From positions 66,712,001 to 66,776,000 of the forward strand of contig OZ024742.1 in the NCBI GenBank assembly GCA_964016885.1: a DNA stretch of 64,000 bases. Reading direction: 5' to 3'. Position numbers and translations under genes: made by a program. The DNA is from Eledone cirrhosa. Lineage: Eukaryota. Positions 13,733 to 28,190 of the stretch are shown here, one piece after another (the first letter of the stretch is position 1; every line of letters begins with the position of its first letter). The notes under the pieces are model-generated. The model was not told the origin of the DNA, searched no databases, and was given only the letters and a program-made list of their open reading frames with translations.

Positions 13733-13825
13733 TGTTGTAATAATATTGCCAGAATTAATAACAGAAAACCAACCAAACAGTGAGTGTGTTCTGTTATTAA
13801 TTCTGGCAATATTATTACAACAATA
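13730..13825. repeat. Perfect 37-bp inverted repeat terminating the 615-bp array
   Basis: 13730-13766 versus 13789-13825, followed by a short tail and (TA)n. Confidence 0.9.
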
Positions 13826-13842
13826 TGACCCTCCCCAAGTAT

Positions 13843-13954
<112 letters not shown>

Positions 13955-14661
13955 ATATTATTATTTATACTTATATATACACTATATATAATTATAAACA
14001 GGAAAAGTCAGTAATTCATTACTACCTTATTAACGTAAGAAAAATAGCTCAATGTAAATACATCAGGTGTGTTTCAGAGCTGGAATACCAATGTATTGGA
14101 AAAGAATGGAAAAGAATACATTAATAATAATACTCTCAATACATTTGAACATTACAGGAACAATTATCACACTACATCCACCATAAACTTCATAGAAACT
14201 ACTTTTAATACACAAACATCTTTGTCTGCTTAATATGTATGTAAACCTGTGTTATATTTTGTGATACCTTTGCCATACTGTAATATATATGCCTAGTACC
14301 ATTGCTTGTTTCCTACCTAGCTATCATATATATTCCCAACACTTTTGCACTCTCTATACTATGTACTGGTAATGTCCTCGTTTAGCGAGTAACTTTCTGC
14401 CTTAATGCCTCTTTAATTGTTATACTATTATTTTGTAATCTCTGTCACATACACTGACACTGACCTCAGCATCTCCACTCTGCAAATATGAAACTGTTGG
14501 TGACAACCTTAATATCTATGTACCTATATGTTTGTTCTGTCGAATAGCAAGTTAATTATATGTTTAAACTTTGCTAGTGCTCCGATGAATCCAAACTTTC
14601 GTTTAAAAGAAACCATTGTCCTCAATATAATGTTTTGAAGATAGTTTTGATTATTGTGTAA

Positions 14662-14700
<39 letters not shown>

Positions 14701-14703
14701 CAA

Positions 14704-15163
14704 TCTAACCTATAATAAAGGAAGGTCTGCGGGATTGCGTACGGTTTATTTTTTTTTAATCCGGTTTGTAAAATAAGTTGGATTACTTTGAATAAATAAT
14801 GAATGAATATTACATAATTTATCTACTAAATTTCCTGGCTGTTGATTAAATATATTTTGTTTATTTAAAGATTCACTTCTTTAAATTTTCTGCAATGTCA
14901 ACACTTCCGCTTAAATAAACATACTAATTTTTTCCTAATGCAGTTTATATATAATATCGTCTTTTTAATGTATCATGGATTAGGTTACTGATTAAATAAG
15001 ACAGTGTAACGCTGTCTTCGTTCAATTTATATGTATTATATAGTGTCAATTACGATTTTATTTGATGTATCATAACTAAATGTAGATATACTTGCGTTTA
15101 ATATCAATATACACACTACAGATGCTAGCACAAAACCAACCGAAGGGGTGTTTTTTCTGCTAG
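14704..15163 (+). mobile_element. Non-autonomous Helitron
   Basis: 5' TC, subterminal hairpin, 3' CTAG; homologous to 49476-49946. Confidence 0.75.
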
Positions 15164-15263
15164 CAATATTAAAAAATGGAAGCTATCAATTTGAATAGTC
15201 AAATAGAACTCACAACATTAAGTTCTAGTCAGAATATATCAATATCTGTAAACCAACTTTTTT

Positions 15264-15443
15264 ATTTTATCTTATGAAAGGGTACCAACATTTTGGAACC
15301 CTTGAAATATATAAAATAAAATAAATATGATTTTATAAAGATAGCTTCCATTTATTAATATTATAGATATTATACTCCAGATGAAAATTGTTCAGTGCTT
15401 CTAATCTGTTGTACACAAAATTTGTTGAATAATCAACTTATTG

Positions 15444-15445
<2 letters not shown>
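15264..15445 (+). mobile_element. Degenerate HHR plus 3' tail (same family as 26615-26810)
   Basis: CTTATGA (mutated core)-AAGGGT..ACCCTT-GAAA-TATATA; downstream TACTCC..AGTGCT..GTTG..CAAC tail ending at (TA)n. Confidence 0.65.
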
Positions 15446-15500
<55 letters not shown>

Positions 15501-15544
15501 AAGTTAAATAAAAGTCAAATGATTAAAATTTAGCTTCGTTTATT

Positions 15545-15599
15545 ACTGCTATATATATTTCAGTGACAGCCATCTTTGGCTGTGACCTCTTCAGGCAGT
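15545..15599 (-). ncRNA. Minimal type I hammerhead ribozyme
   Basis: Minus strand ACTGC-CTGAAGA-stem II ACAGCCA/TGGCTGT-GAAA-TATATA-TA-GCAGT; within a 15495-15935 module whose segments AAAATAAAGTTAAAT and ATTTAACTTTATTTT are inverted. Confidence 0.8.
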
Positions 15600-15933
15600 T
15601 TGAATTAGTATGGTATAGACAAGTACATATGTTGTTTAGGTGTATGATATTGTCAATACTCTGATATGCCCAGTTCCTTGTTGGGTTGTTAATTCACTGG
15701 GGAACTGGAGTCATATGAATTCAAACAAACGAATTTCAGTGTCACAGGTCTCCTTCTCCTCTCATTGGTCAGTTATTAGAACATTCCTCATTCTAAGTGT
15801 TGTTATTGTTGGAGTTAGCTTAAAAATTTAACTTTATTTTACACTACTCCGGAGTAACCAAACCAACCTGCGCACTTCGTCGAGTGCTGCAGCCTGCATG
15901 CAAGAGGTGTTGGTATACAACCAACATAAACTC

Positions 15934-16023
<90 letters not shown>

Positions 16024-16120
16024 TAAAATAACACATTAAAGTTTAAGCAAAGAATCGCTGCTTTCACCCTTGGATTTTAGTCTTCAATTTCATTATTATT
16101 ACTATTATTATTATTATTAT

Positions 16121-16156
<36 letters not shown>

Positions 16157-16160
<4 letters not shown>

Positions 16161-16357
16161 GTTATTCCGGGTTGAATCGGAGGTAACCACAGTAAGTAAG
16201 GTACTCAATACATAGCAGAGTATAACAGTTTTAATATAGATGAGATTCTACAGGACTAGAACTGTTTCATTCATTTGAAATCATCAGGAATCTCTGATTC
16301 CTGATGATTTCAAATGAATGAAACAGTTCTAGTCCTGTAGAATCTCATCTATATTAA

Positions 16358-16361
<4 letters not shown>
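16157..16361 (-). mobile_element. PLE-like end with a 66-bp palindrome carrying a complete HHR on each strand
   Basis: Arms about 16227-16292 and 16296-16361; GATTC-CTGATGA-TTTCAAATGAAT-GAAA-CAG(ttctagtc)CTG-TA-GAATC; flanked by (TA)n. Confidence 0.85.
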
Positions 16362-16437
<76 letters not shown>

Positions 16438-16551
16438 TCTGAATATTAAAAATGTATTAGTAAAATATATTAAAAGAGGTAGATGTAATGTTGTAACATG
16501 TGCGGAATGATAACCGAAATGAAGAAACAACGAATTGGAAGGTACACAGCA

Positions 16552-16647
16552 TAATTAGAGAGTGCGAATATCACTGCATAACTAGGAAATCTGCACCTGC
16601 AGGTGCAGATTTCCTAGTTATGCAGTGATTTTCTCACTCTCTAATTA
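16552..16647. repeat. Near-perfect palindrome of about 95 bp with no spacer
   Basis: ATCACTGCATAACTAGGAAATCTGCACCTG/CAGGTGCAGATTTCCTAGTTATGCAGTGAT, centred at 16599/16600. Confidence 0.9.
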
Positions 16648-16901
16648 AGATTAGTAGCTATCATTGTTCTCTCTATGTGTCACATGCTTTGTGCTTTTGT
16701 CTACATATGTTAACCGACCCTCTTCTTCGCATATTGTTCGAATATATGTCATATACTTAATATGTAATTCTTGTACGTCCTGTTTGGCCACTGTTATAAG
16801 GATTTGACCAGAGTACCATCCTTAGGTGTCGTGGCTGTATACCTTCCAATTCGATAGCCAGTGACTACAGGAGTGTTTTCACCTGTAGCTTATTTTGCAA
16901 T

Positions 16902-17004
16902 ATCCCGCCGAGGTTACCTTTGGCTTTCATTCCTACGGGGTCGATAAAATAAAGTACCAGTAATACACTGCGTAATTGCTGGCCTTGTGCCAAAAGTAGA
17001 AACA
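16902..17004 (+). mobile_element. SINE family A, 5'-truncated
   Basis: CCCGCCGAGG..GGGTCGATAAAATAAAGTACCAG..AGTAGAAAC. Confidence 0.85.
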
Positions 17005-17093
17005 AGTATCTGTGACGCATGTGGACCCCCTCTTCTTGTTTTGCTAATTTGCACTATACACACACACATACATACATAATACAAACGCACACG

Positions 17094-17210
<117 letters not shown>

Positions 17211-17710
17211 TTATGTATATATATATTTATGTATATATATATATATATGTGTATGTGTGTGTATATGTATGTGTTTGTGTATGTGTGTGTATATATGTAT
17301 ATATTTACATCCTTCAAAATTTAGGCATTAGTGCAACAGACCAGGTTTAAACTGGGTAGAAGTGCCAGTGTTTAAAATATACTCGAACACCTCACAGAAT
17401 AATAAAATGCAACGTTCGTAATCTGCGTGTTGTAGATTTATCATGCGTTAGAGAGTTACAAAGACTGATCTCACGTACAATGAATGTTGTCAAACAACGC
17501 TTTTAAAAACCAAGTTTTGTGATGTAAGACAAAACATATATCAGACCAAGACCTTCAGCCATCCCTGTACAAAGTCCATGTCACACGTGCCATAAATATT
17601 TCAAGATATTTAGGGTGCAGTAGTCATCTAAGTGTTCATAGCAAAGAAACTCACGTATGATACAGGCTAAAGACTTTGCGTCATAGTGTGTGTGTGATTA
17701 TGAGTGATAG

Positions 17711-17741
<31 letters not shown>

Positions 17742-18444
17742 GCGCTTTGGGTGTGTGTATGTGTATGTGTGTGTTTCCTTACGATTGTGTCAGTGTCTCA
17801 AACAGAAAGAGATCGATGAAATAAGTTACAGGTTCGATATCAAATATACTGGGGTCGATATAATCGAGGAAAATCTATTGAAAGCTTGGTTCTAGCATGG
17901 CAACAACTAATGACGGAAATCAATAAAACTATAAAAAATAACATGTATTAACACACCTAGATAAACACACACACACATACACACACATACGCACACACGC
18001 ACACAGAAATACACACAGAGACATTCACACGCGCACAAAGACAGGCATATATATATTTTCAGGTTGAATAATAAGCCTAAAATATTCAGCCTGAAAATAT
18101 GTAAGCTGTTTATTTCCAGAACCCCTGTAGGTTACAAAGTGTTGAATTGAAAGTTTGTAGCTTCAAGGACTATGGAAAATACTTTAGTAAGTTATAGACA
18201 TAATTTCTACAGCAATGTTAATTCGCAGTAGAAGTCTAACAAGCTCCCCTCCGAAAGCAACGCTCAACCCGGGGTATAGGACTGAACCTGGGATGGTTGC
18301 GAGTCAAACACCTTACCCACACAAATTTGTTGGGCCATATATTATATATACGTTGAAATTAACTTCCGTGTTGCTGATTATTAAACTGGCACATACATTT
18401 AACGTAGTTCTCAAGCACTTTTCCCGTGACGTAGTCTATCTATC

Positions 18445-19713
18445 CATCTACTACCGCTTGACCGTCGTACCTTGTCCAGCCAAACCGCTCGCCAAAATGG
18501 AGCGCCACTCTTCTAATTCCTTTGGAAGATGCGGGCTCCTATGGGGAGAATATCCATCTGCTGCCAACGCCCTTCCAACGGAGGGCTGGGGATGCCGTGG
18601 CTGATGATGCGCAAACACGCGCTCAGGCGTCGGCATCTCTACGTATTCCTCACCGGACAATCGGTGTGAGCCCCGTTCGTGAGGCGAGCCTTCCACGACT
18701 CGTCTCGCTGACCGAGCTGCAGTCCTGGGTCAAGAAAAGACCGAGGAAAATGGGCGACTGGCACATCGAATGTGCTCAGGCGCTCACAGCCATCTGACTG
18801 GCGGACCCGGCGATCAGTGGAGACGTCACTTCGTCATTCTATAGAGGGTTGATCCGCAGCAAGTGCGACGACGTGTTCGGTGAAACTCTAGGCGTAGAGG
18901 AAGACGAACTGGCCAGTCTGTTCAGTAGGACCTTCCGCCCGGGACCGATGGACAACTTTTAAAAGTCCCTGGCCTGGCAGTGCTACCGAGGAGCTCTACC
19001 AGTTCGAGACAAGCTCTACAGACATGGGCGCTCGGGAAGGGACGCTGCAAAAAAGATCTGTCCAAGGTGCGTGCGAGACGAAGAAACCGTCGCGCACGCA
19101 TTCATACACTGCCCGGGCGTCACTGACTTGTGGTGCTATGTAGAACGACTATTGTCGTGGATTGGACCAGTCCGGTTGACCACCGAGCCAATTGTCATGA
19201 TCAAACCGCCACCCTCCTTCAAAAACGAAGGAGAGGCGGTTTTCCTTTGTGTGATAGCTATGGCGAAAGAGGTTGTATGGTGGATAAGGTTGAAAGGGCT
19301 GAGGTCAGACACCTTTCTCTCCGGCCAACAACTGATTCTTTTTTTCAAATACCACTTTGGAAGAAGAATCAGGATTGAGAGAGAGGTGCTGTACCCCAGC
19401 AAGTTTTATGAAAGTTGTGTGAAAGTGGCGAGAATGGCCCGAGTGAATGGGCCTTCTCTCTATATCAGCCTGTAGTTTGAGGAAAAGGAGGAGGAGAGGA
19501 AAGGAGTACAAACTCTTCGTACTCCTGGAGATGAGGGTTGTACATTTTTTCGGGGGTATGTGTTACCCATATGAACTGTCTCCCCCATATTGGGGAAAAT
19601 CGACTAATTTTTAAATTGCTTTTGTGATAATATTTTACACGTTTTTATTGTATGTAAACTTCCCCCTTTGTATTTGTACCCTTCTTTTGTGCTCCTGTGG
19701 CTAATAAAGAAAC
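18445..19713 (+). mobile_element. 5'-truncated Tx1-clade LINE (ORF2 C-terminus plus 3' UTR)
   Basis: IYYRLTVVPCP, CPRC..HAFIHC zinc finger, AATAAA then (TATC)n; TCTATCTATC at the 5' junction. Confidence 0.9.
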
Positions 19714-19714
19714 G

Positions 19715-19750
<36 letters not shown>

Positions 19751-19965
19751 CCTGGGATGGACACACGCGTATAACTTGCTGAGTAAGTTCTGTTTAAATT
19801 TCTATAGAAATTCTTGTCTGTAAACTTTAATTTTTGTACCATTTTGTAGAGGGACTGCCAGGTCAAACTTTGATCTGGTCAGTCTCTCAAAATATTCTAC
19901 GCCTTTAGGCGAAATAGTTAAACAAAAAAAGTTTTTTTCTTGTTGAAAAGTTAAGATTTTTTTAA

Positions 19966-21752
19966 ATGGCTGAAGCTCTTCACCAAAATTCGAAGGAGGA
20001 AAGGGGAAGATAAACTTACAGCTTCCTCCTGCCACTGTCACAGTAGCAGAGGTCAAAAACAAAGGTCAGCCAGAGGAAGGATTTACTCCACCTGCTGACC
20101 GGCAACGTGACGTTGCCATGGCAACAAACCAAAGAACCAGCGACACCAGCAACAACAACAACAACAATGCGACGGACGAAAACAACACCAATAACAAAAA
20201 CAACAACAACAAGACCAATAACTGTGATAACAACAACAACGATAGCAACAACACCACCAACTACAACATCAACACAAGCAGGGAAAGGGTCCCCTTTGCC
20301 CAGACGGCAAGACAAACCCTCGACTATCTGCCAGTAGATATAACCAAAGCGAAGGAGCTATTGGCATATGCCAAAAAATATATAGTGTACGGGGACAATG
20401 GTTCATTCAAGATCCATTCCCCCCCGGAACTAAAAAGCCAGAGACTCCTAAACACTGTCATGTTTAGGACAATCTCAAATAAAAGCAAAAAACCAGCTCA
20501 CCATCACAGAGTGAGATAGAGCTGGTTTTAAAAGACGTCATGAAGGACATCACCTTCATTCAGAAGGATAGACTCTACGGGAGTCTATCCATTCTCATGA
20601 AGGACAGGGACACAGCAGTGAAACTGTCCATCAAACCAATCATATCCACCGCATACACCTTCTACTCTACGTACATGGGTAGAACACAAAAAATAAAAAT
20701 CCACACCATCCTGCCGATTATGGACATATGGTGGGTTTTGACAGGTTTCCTGAACCTGGATGATGACACGCTGGTGTCCATGGGAAAGGCATCGGGTGAC
20801 GCGTTCAGTGGAACGAGTCTCGAACTTGTAGTTCAAATGAGGCCCGAAAGGATCGCCCAGATCCCTGAACGCGTCATACTGGATGATCAAACTTTCATCA
20901 ACATTACCGTTGAGCGTAGGCGGCCCTCGTGTTACCTCTGCGGAACCAGAGGTCACCTGAGGGCTGTCTGTCTCCAACTTAATAAGAAAACCCCAATCCT
21001 GCCTACACCACCAACAACTGCACAACCAACACAATCACCACAACTACCACTACAAAAACAACAACCACAGCTCAAACCAAAACAAAACAATGTCCAACCC
21101 ATCCTCCGCACTAAAAAAAAAAAACATTTCCAAAACACCCGCACCGCAAACACAACCCGAAAATATACCCCTCCCCTCCAACGTGGAAGATGACCCTAGT
21201 TCGTCGACAGACGAGGAGGAGCACTTCCACACAATCAAAAGAAAAAAAAAAGAAAACACACCTCAGACACACAAATGAAAACAACCCCTCCCCAAAACAT
21301 AACACTGACACCAACACAAAAGAGCTCACAACAACAGCAAACAAAAAACACCACACAAAAACAAAAACATGCATACACATACATAAACACAAGAAACAAA
21401 AAACTGTTAAACATTGTGTACAACAACAATGTAATAAAAACCCAAGGGCCGAACTTCACCGAGGCAGGGGATTCCCCCCCCCCTCAAAATGATTAAGGCC
21501 CCACAGGATACTTATAAAACTTTAAAAAACTACTTTAAAGAGGATGTGGGTCCCCCCTGCGTCGGGCCCATTAACGGCGTCCTTCTAAAAAACTACCCCA
21601 CCCCCTCCCCAAACACCCACACAACTCCAAACGCCCCAACCACACAACACACTGATGCCCCTACACTTCCACAAACCACCACCCCACCCAACAACCCCTC
21701 CCCCACCCTAATAGAAATTGTGCAGCCCGATACCCGGGACGCAGAGAGGTAA
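19966..21752 (+). pseudogene. LINE ORF1 (gag-like, CCHC knuckle), frameshifted
   Basis: CYLCGTRGHLRAVC knuckle in ORF 20540-21193; low-complexity N/T/P segments; ATG at 19966. Confidence 0.8.
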
Positions 21753-21782
21753 GTGCCTTTTCTCTTCACCACCAACAAGGCT

Positions 21783-24700
21783 ATGCTAAGAGTAGGCTGT
21801 TTAAATGCGCGTGGCCTGGGCTCAACTTGGAAGCAAGCAATGCTTCTAAATGACCTCAGGTCACAACGTATAGATGTGATGGTTATTTGCGAGGCCCGGA
21901 TCAGCAACGTGCGACAGCTGGCCCCCACCTTTGATGACTTTGAGATGCACGCATCTCTCTGTCAGCCCGGAGGTGGGGGTGGGGTTGTCGTTCTGCTGCA
22001 AAAAACATCTGGGTCCCGCAACACAGATGGTACATTTGGACCCGGGGGGTCGACTAGTGGTTCGGGACCTTGGCAGTGGTGAAGGCGGAGCGTTTAGGTT
22101 GGTAGCCGCCTACGGCCCTTTCGGGTCAATGCGGCCGGACTTCTTCCATCGTCTGGAGACTTTTCTAGGGACGTCCCGCTCCTTACTATAAGTGGGGGCC
22201 TGGAATGGTATCCTAGATGCACGCTGGGACTACGTAGGGGCCTGTCCCGATAGAGAGGAGTGTAATAGCCTCAAAGGGTTAATCGGTCGATTTGATCTGG
22301 CCGATAGATATCGACTAGATTTTCCGACTGCGCCAACCTGGACTTGGCCAAATCGTAACGGATCATCTAGGTCGTACCTAGATAGGTTCTTAGTTAGTAT
22401 TAAGGATAAGGACATTTTAAGTTGTCCAAAAATGCGCATGGTTGGCTATTCAGACCACAATTTAGTGACCTGCATGGTCAACTTTGACAGAACTCATAGA
22501 CAGGGATCCGGTTACTGGAAGCTCAACTTGTCCTTACCGGCAAGTAAGGCTTACAGGGACCGGATTAGCAATTTAGTTAAGGAACAGTTGACGGGCGCCA
22601 TCGTCAACAGCATGTGGTGGGGATCTCTCAAAAGAGAGATTAGAGAAGTCTCTATAGAATTTAGTAAGGAGTTAGCCTCACATAGAAATAGGAAGGAAAG
22701 GGAGTTGGTAGATAGTGTAGAAGAGGCAATTAGAATCGGCGACGTGGCCAGAGTGCTACGGCCCTGGGTCATTTCTTCGACGCGAAACACGAAGTCTGCA
22801 TCGTCCGAAGCAAAATACGTGCTCTGGGAAACAAGGGGACCAAAGCTGTTACCTGGGCCCGCGTGACAGAAGCCAAAAGGGGGAGCAGATCCACTATCCG
22901 GTCTTTGCGAGACCAGGATGGACGGGTGATCCTTGAACCTAAGCAGATGTGCGAGGCTTTTCAAAAGCACTTTGCCGGATTGTTCGGAAGGGGCGGGAAG
23001 CCGGTTGGGGATGTGGACTTCGGTCCATACCTCGACGGCCTGCAGCGTCTCTCGGACAGGGAGGCGAAGTCCTGCGAGGAGCCGATTTCAGCCGCTGAGA
23101 TAGAGGACGTGCTGAGCCAATGCGGCAAACGCAAATCCCCGGGTCTCGATGGTCTTCCATACGAACAATATCTAGCTACGCCGGACGCCGGACTTGTTCC
23201 CCGATCTCCTCGAGGTGGTCTACTGCAACTGGCAACAGAATGGGAGAATTCCCTGTGCTGTGACCAAGGGCGTAGTCACGCTAGTGAGGAAGGACCAGAA
23301 CAAGGGGGAAGATATAAATAATTTCAGGCCCATAACTCTGCTAAATACAGAGTTACAGATTTTGAGCAAGGTGCTAGCAAAGAGGTTGGCGCTTGTCGTG
23401 GCAACCTGGTGGGAGATGCGCAGACATGTGCTATCCCGTCCAGGTCCATCCACGACAACCTCCACCTCATGCGATACATCATAGAGAGGGTTGGGAACGA
23501 ACCCAGCTTTGGTGGGGCCCTGATCAACTTGGATCAATCTATGGCATTCGATAGGGTCGACCATGGTTACCTGGATGCGGTGTTAGCGGCGGCAGGCTTC
23601 GGACCCGTTTTCAGGGGCTGGATCAATGCCATGCACAGCAGCCGCATCTGCTCTATGGTCAAGGTGAACGGCTACCTCTCGGAGCCGTTCGAAATCGCGC
23701 GGTCCATCCGACAGGGGTGCCCTCTCTCCTCCCTTCTGTATGTAATGACTCTAGAGCCACTGCTGAGGAAGTTGGAGTTGTTGCAGGGCATCCCGTTGGA
23801 ACCGGGATTGCGGAAAGAGGTGTCGGCCTACGCCGACGACGTAACAGTAATGGTGTCTACGGCCTCGGAAATCGGGGCGATCGGCCCCTTACTGGAGGAG
23901 TACGAAAAGTTTACAGGGGCTAAGCTGAACCGGGACAAGTCGATCGGTCTGCAACTCGGCACGTGGAGGGGCAGATTGATGCCCTCCGATACGTCGTCGG
24001 GCGCTGGACAGAGGGCCCGGTGAAGTTGCTCGGGGTCTGGTTCGGACCAGACCTCCAGGTGGAGAAGAACTGGGGTGAGGTAACGAACAGGGTGTTTGCA
24101 CTGACCCATAAGTGGGCCGAGTGCAAACTGTCCCTGAAAGGTCGGGCGGAGGTGGTGAACACTTATATAGCGTCCGTCATCTACTACCGCCTGACCGTTG
24201 TGCCTTGCCCAAGGGAAACGCTCGCCAAAATGGAGCGCACACTCTTCCAATTCCTTTGGAAGAAGCGGGCTCCTATGGTGAGGAGATCCATCTGCTGTCA
24301 ACACCCTTCGAAAGGAGGGCTGGGGATGCCGTTGCTAATGATACGTAAACACGCATTAAGGCTACGGCACCTCCAGGTATTCCTCTCCGGTCAACCGGTG
24401 TGGGCCCCGTTTGTGAGGCGAGCCTTTCCCAGACTCGTCTCACTCACCGAGCTGCAATCCTGGGTCAAGCAAAGACCGACAAAACTGGGCGCCTGGCACA
24501 CGGAGTGTGCCCAGGCGCTCACGGCTCTCTAGCAGGTGGACCGGCCTGTCAGTGGAGAATCCACCTCGTCATTCTATAGAGGGCTGGTGGTTAGCAGGTG
24601 CGACGACGTCCTCGGAGAAGCCCTAGTCATGGAGGAAGACGAACTGGCCAACCTGTTCGGTAGGACATTCAGCCCGGGACCCATGGATAACTTCCAGAGG

Positions 24701-25209
24701 TCCCTGGCCTGGCAGTGCTACAGAAGGGCTCTGCCCGTTCGAGAAAGGCTCTACAGACACGGGCGTCCGGGTAGGGACCCCTCGAAAAAGATCTGTCCCA
24801 GATGCGTGTGCGACGAGAAAACCGTTGCACACGCATTGGTACACTGCTCGGGCATTGCTGATCTGTGGGGCTATGTCGAACAACTGCTGTCAAGGCTGGG
24901 ACCGATCCGGTTGACCACCGAGTCTATTGTAACGATCAAGCCGCCTCCCCTCTTCAAAAACGAAAGAGAGGCGGTGTTCTGTGCGTAATAGCCATGGCGA
25001 AAAAGGTTGTATGGTGGACGCGTCTGAAAGGACTGAGGTCAGACACCTTTCTCTCTGGCCAACAACTGGTCCGTTTCTTCCGATATCATTTCGGAAGAAG
25101 GATCAGGAGGGAGAGAGAGGTGCTGCACCCCAGCCGTTTTTATGAAATATGGGTGAAAGTGGAGAGAATGGCCCGTGTAAATGGGCCTTCACTCTACATC
25201 AGACTATAG
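21783..25209 (+). pseudogene. LINE ORF2: APE endonuclease, reverse transcriptase and C-terminal zinc finger, frameshifted
   Basis: LNARGL, SYLDRF, SDHN (APE); KSPGLDG, NFRPITLLN, AFDRVDH, QGCPLS, YADD (RT); GGLG; CPRC..HALVHC. Confidence 0.93.
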
Positions 25210-26614
25210 GTGAGGAAGATGAAAGACCAAGGGAGCACCCCTTCTCTGTGCTCCTGAGGAAAAGGGTTGCACACTTTTTTTCGGTGTGTGCGACCCTCCA
25301 ATGCGCCTCCTCTCTCTTGAGGATTTTGTTATAAATTTTATTCTGTTATATTTTATTTTATTTTTATATTTTGTTATTGCCTCCTCCTTATTGAGGACGC
25401 CTTGTTTCATAAACTACCCCCATTGTACTTGTCCCACTTTTGATGCCCTGGTGGCAAATAAAAGAAACATATCTATCTATCTATCTATATATCTATGATC
25501 CTATTTTCTTTAAAAATTTAAATGTAAATTTTTTTAAATGATCTTCCTTCTTAATTTTTAAATATTTCTACTATTTTTACCTTTTGACATTAATTTTTTA
25601 ATTTTGTTAATATATATTTTTCATATATTTTTTAATTATTTTCCTAAGGATACCCCTCTGAATATATTTTTTTTAGATGTAGATTGATAATCTTTTATTG
25701 ACATTCTGAAAATGTATCCTCTTTACGATAGTTCTTCGAATTGCACATTACGTTTTTCCTCTCCTTTTGATCTTCAAACTTTCACATATCTTTTGACTAA
25801 AATAATTAATCTCACACGAAATAATATATCATTTTCTCAATATATTTTCTGAGTAAATCATTCATCAAATTTAACGGTTAACAAACAAGTTTGGAGTTAT
25901 CTTTCCATTTTCAATCGTGCAAACATAAACATTATATTATAATATAATATGTACGATATTACTATATAACTTCGCTAAAATAACAATATTCTGAAAACAT
26001 TTTCAATGTTGGAACAAAATATTCAAATCTACAAATTGTTCTCCTCTTACAAATTGAACCAACTGTTTTTTATGTAAAATGCAAAATCAACTTCCTTCGT
26101 AACTCATATTAGAAATGTAAACAACTAATAATTGTAAATTATTTCTATTTCTATAATACTTATACATGCACAATTATTAATCTATATAGATATTTATATA
26201 CTTATAACCTAATGTAATAAGATAAAATATACTTACAACCATAAATCTTCACATAATATAATTGATTATATATACAATATTATAACTCATAATATAGCTA
26301 AATAAATTTAAATTCTGGAATCATATTCCACCATTCCCCAAAATTGTTAATTCCTTTTAAATTAACGTAAATACAAGCGTTTCTTTCTTTTTGCTTCTTC
26401 CTACTCATGCATACATATATCCTAATTATTTAAATTCTGCATAGCGTCTAAGATAACGTTTTTCCAGCCCTATACCTCAACCTCATTTGCATACTCATCT
26501 TAATAATTTGAAATATCTGACTTTTCTTCTCTTATTCCTTCACTATCCAAAGAAAACTTGAACAATTAAGGTATCTTTTCTTGGTTATGTCAAAATTTAT
26601 GAAACAAACTTTGT

Positions 26615-26673
26615 ATTTTATCTGATGAAAACGTACCAAAGTTTTGGTATCCTTGAAATATATATAATAGAAT
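26615..26673 (+). ncRNA. Minimal type I hammerhead ribozyme
   Basis: ATTTTAT-CTGATGA-stem II TACCAAA/TTTGGTA-GAAA-TATATA-TA-ATAGAAT; followed by TACTCC..GAGTGCT..GTTG..CCAAC tail and (TA)n. Confidence 0.8.
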
Positions 26674-26810
26674 AAATATGGTTTTATAAATATAGTTTCC
26701 ATTTATTTAATATCATTGAATATTATACTCCAAAACTTGTAGAGTGCTCTGAATCTGTTATAAACATTTATATTTGTTGAATTACCAACACATTGAATAT
26801 CCCTTTTTCT

Positions 26811-26826
26811 TATATATATATATATA

Positions 26827-26910
<84 letters not shown>

Positions 26911-26911
26911 C

Positions 26912-26981
<70 letters not shown>

Positions 26982-26985
26982 GTAT

Positions 26986-27027
<42 letters not shown>

Positions 27028-27028
27028 G

Positions 27029-27100
<72 letters not shown>

Positions 27101-27101
27101 C

Positions 27102-27175
<74 letters not shown>
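26811..27175. repeat. Long (TA)n microsatellite
   Basis: About 360 bp interrupted TA; many other (TA)n tracts occur across the window. Confidence 0.97.
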
Positions 27176-27177
<2 letters not shown>

Positions 27178-27770
27178 ACTAGAAATTGACATAAATATAT
27201 ATATATATATCAACTAGAAATTGACATAAATATATATCTAAAATAAACATATGAAACAATCACAGAGAATAATTTGTAAAAGTGTGTAAGCATACATAGC
27301 CAGGTAGATAACTAATTAAAGTTTAACTAGAACTTCAAAAATAGATACCTTATAAATTGATTAATCTTCCTTCGTATATATTTCATTAATGAGATATATT
27401 TCAGCATTAATAGATCGATAAACCACAGTAGCCAAATCCCGCATTTTCAGCAAGGGAGAAGATCTAACTATCTGTCTTTACACAGCAAATTCATATCTGT
27501 GAATGACTAGCAGCACGTGATGCATTTTTTTTTTAAATACACACATCGTACCAGCTTCATACCCAGTTGCGTGAATAGGGTTATCGACAACTAGAAACAG
27601 CAGCCGAGTGCTTTCAACTTAGTTAGCTCTACAATTAAGGGGCTGTGTATATATCCAAAATTAAATTAAGGGTGTCATGTCGGAGAGACATGCGCCATAT
27701 CCATGGTAGAATATGCTCCAACATTCCAATGAATAGATCCGAGCATTTTATATCAACTAGAAATTGATTG

Positions 27771-27839
<69 letters not shown>

Positions 27840-27919
27840 ATTGTTTCACATGTTTATTTTACATATATATATATATATATTTGATTGTTTCATATGTATG
27901 TGATTGTTTCATTATTTTA

Positions 27920-28100
27920 GGGCGGTGGATTAGCAGTATCAGTAGAAGGTTAGGCGCCATGCTTTGACGCATAGAGTTACGGCCCTTGCCATTCAAAGTT
28001 CAAATCCCGCCGAGGTAAACTTTGCTTTTCATCCTTACGGAGTCGATAAAATAAAGTACCAGTAATAATTGCTGGCCTTGTGCCAAAAGTAGAAGCAATT
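27920..28100 (+). mobile_element. SINE family A, full length, TSD ATTATTTTAG
   Basis: Consensus match; duplication on both sides. Confidence 0.9.
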
Positions 28101-28149
28101 ATTTTAGATATGTATATATATATATATATGTGTGATTGTTTCATATGTT

Positions 28150-28190
<41 letters not shown>

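Larger units (their letters stand above)
19751..25469 (+). mobile_element. Near full-length decayed Tx1/L1-clade non-LTR retrotransposon
   Basis: ORF1 and ORF2 broken by frameshifts and stops; flanked by (TATC)n at both ends; AATAAA before the tail. Confidence 0.92.

Noticed and set aside
26703-27217. Many YI/CV/TH-rich ORFs in the track, here and throughout
   Set aside because: Translations of (TA)n, (TG)n and (CA)n microsatellites; not genes.
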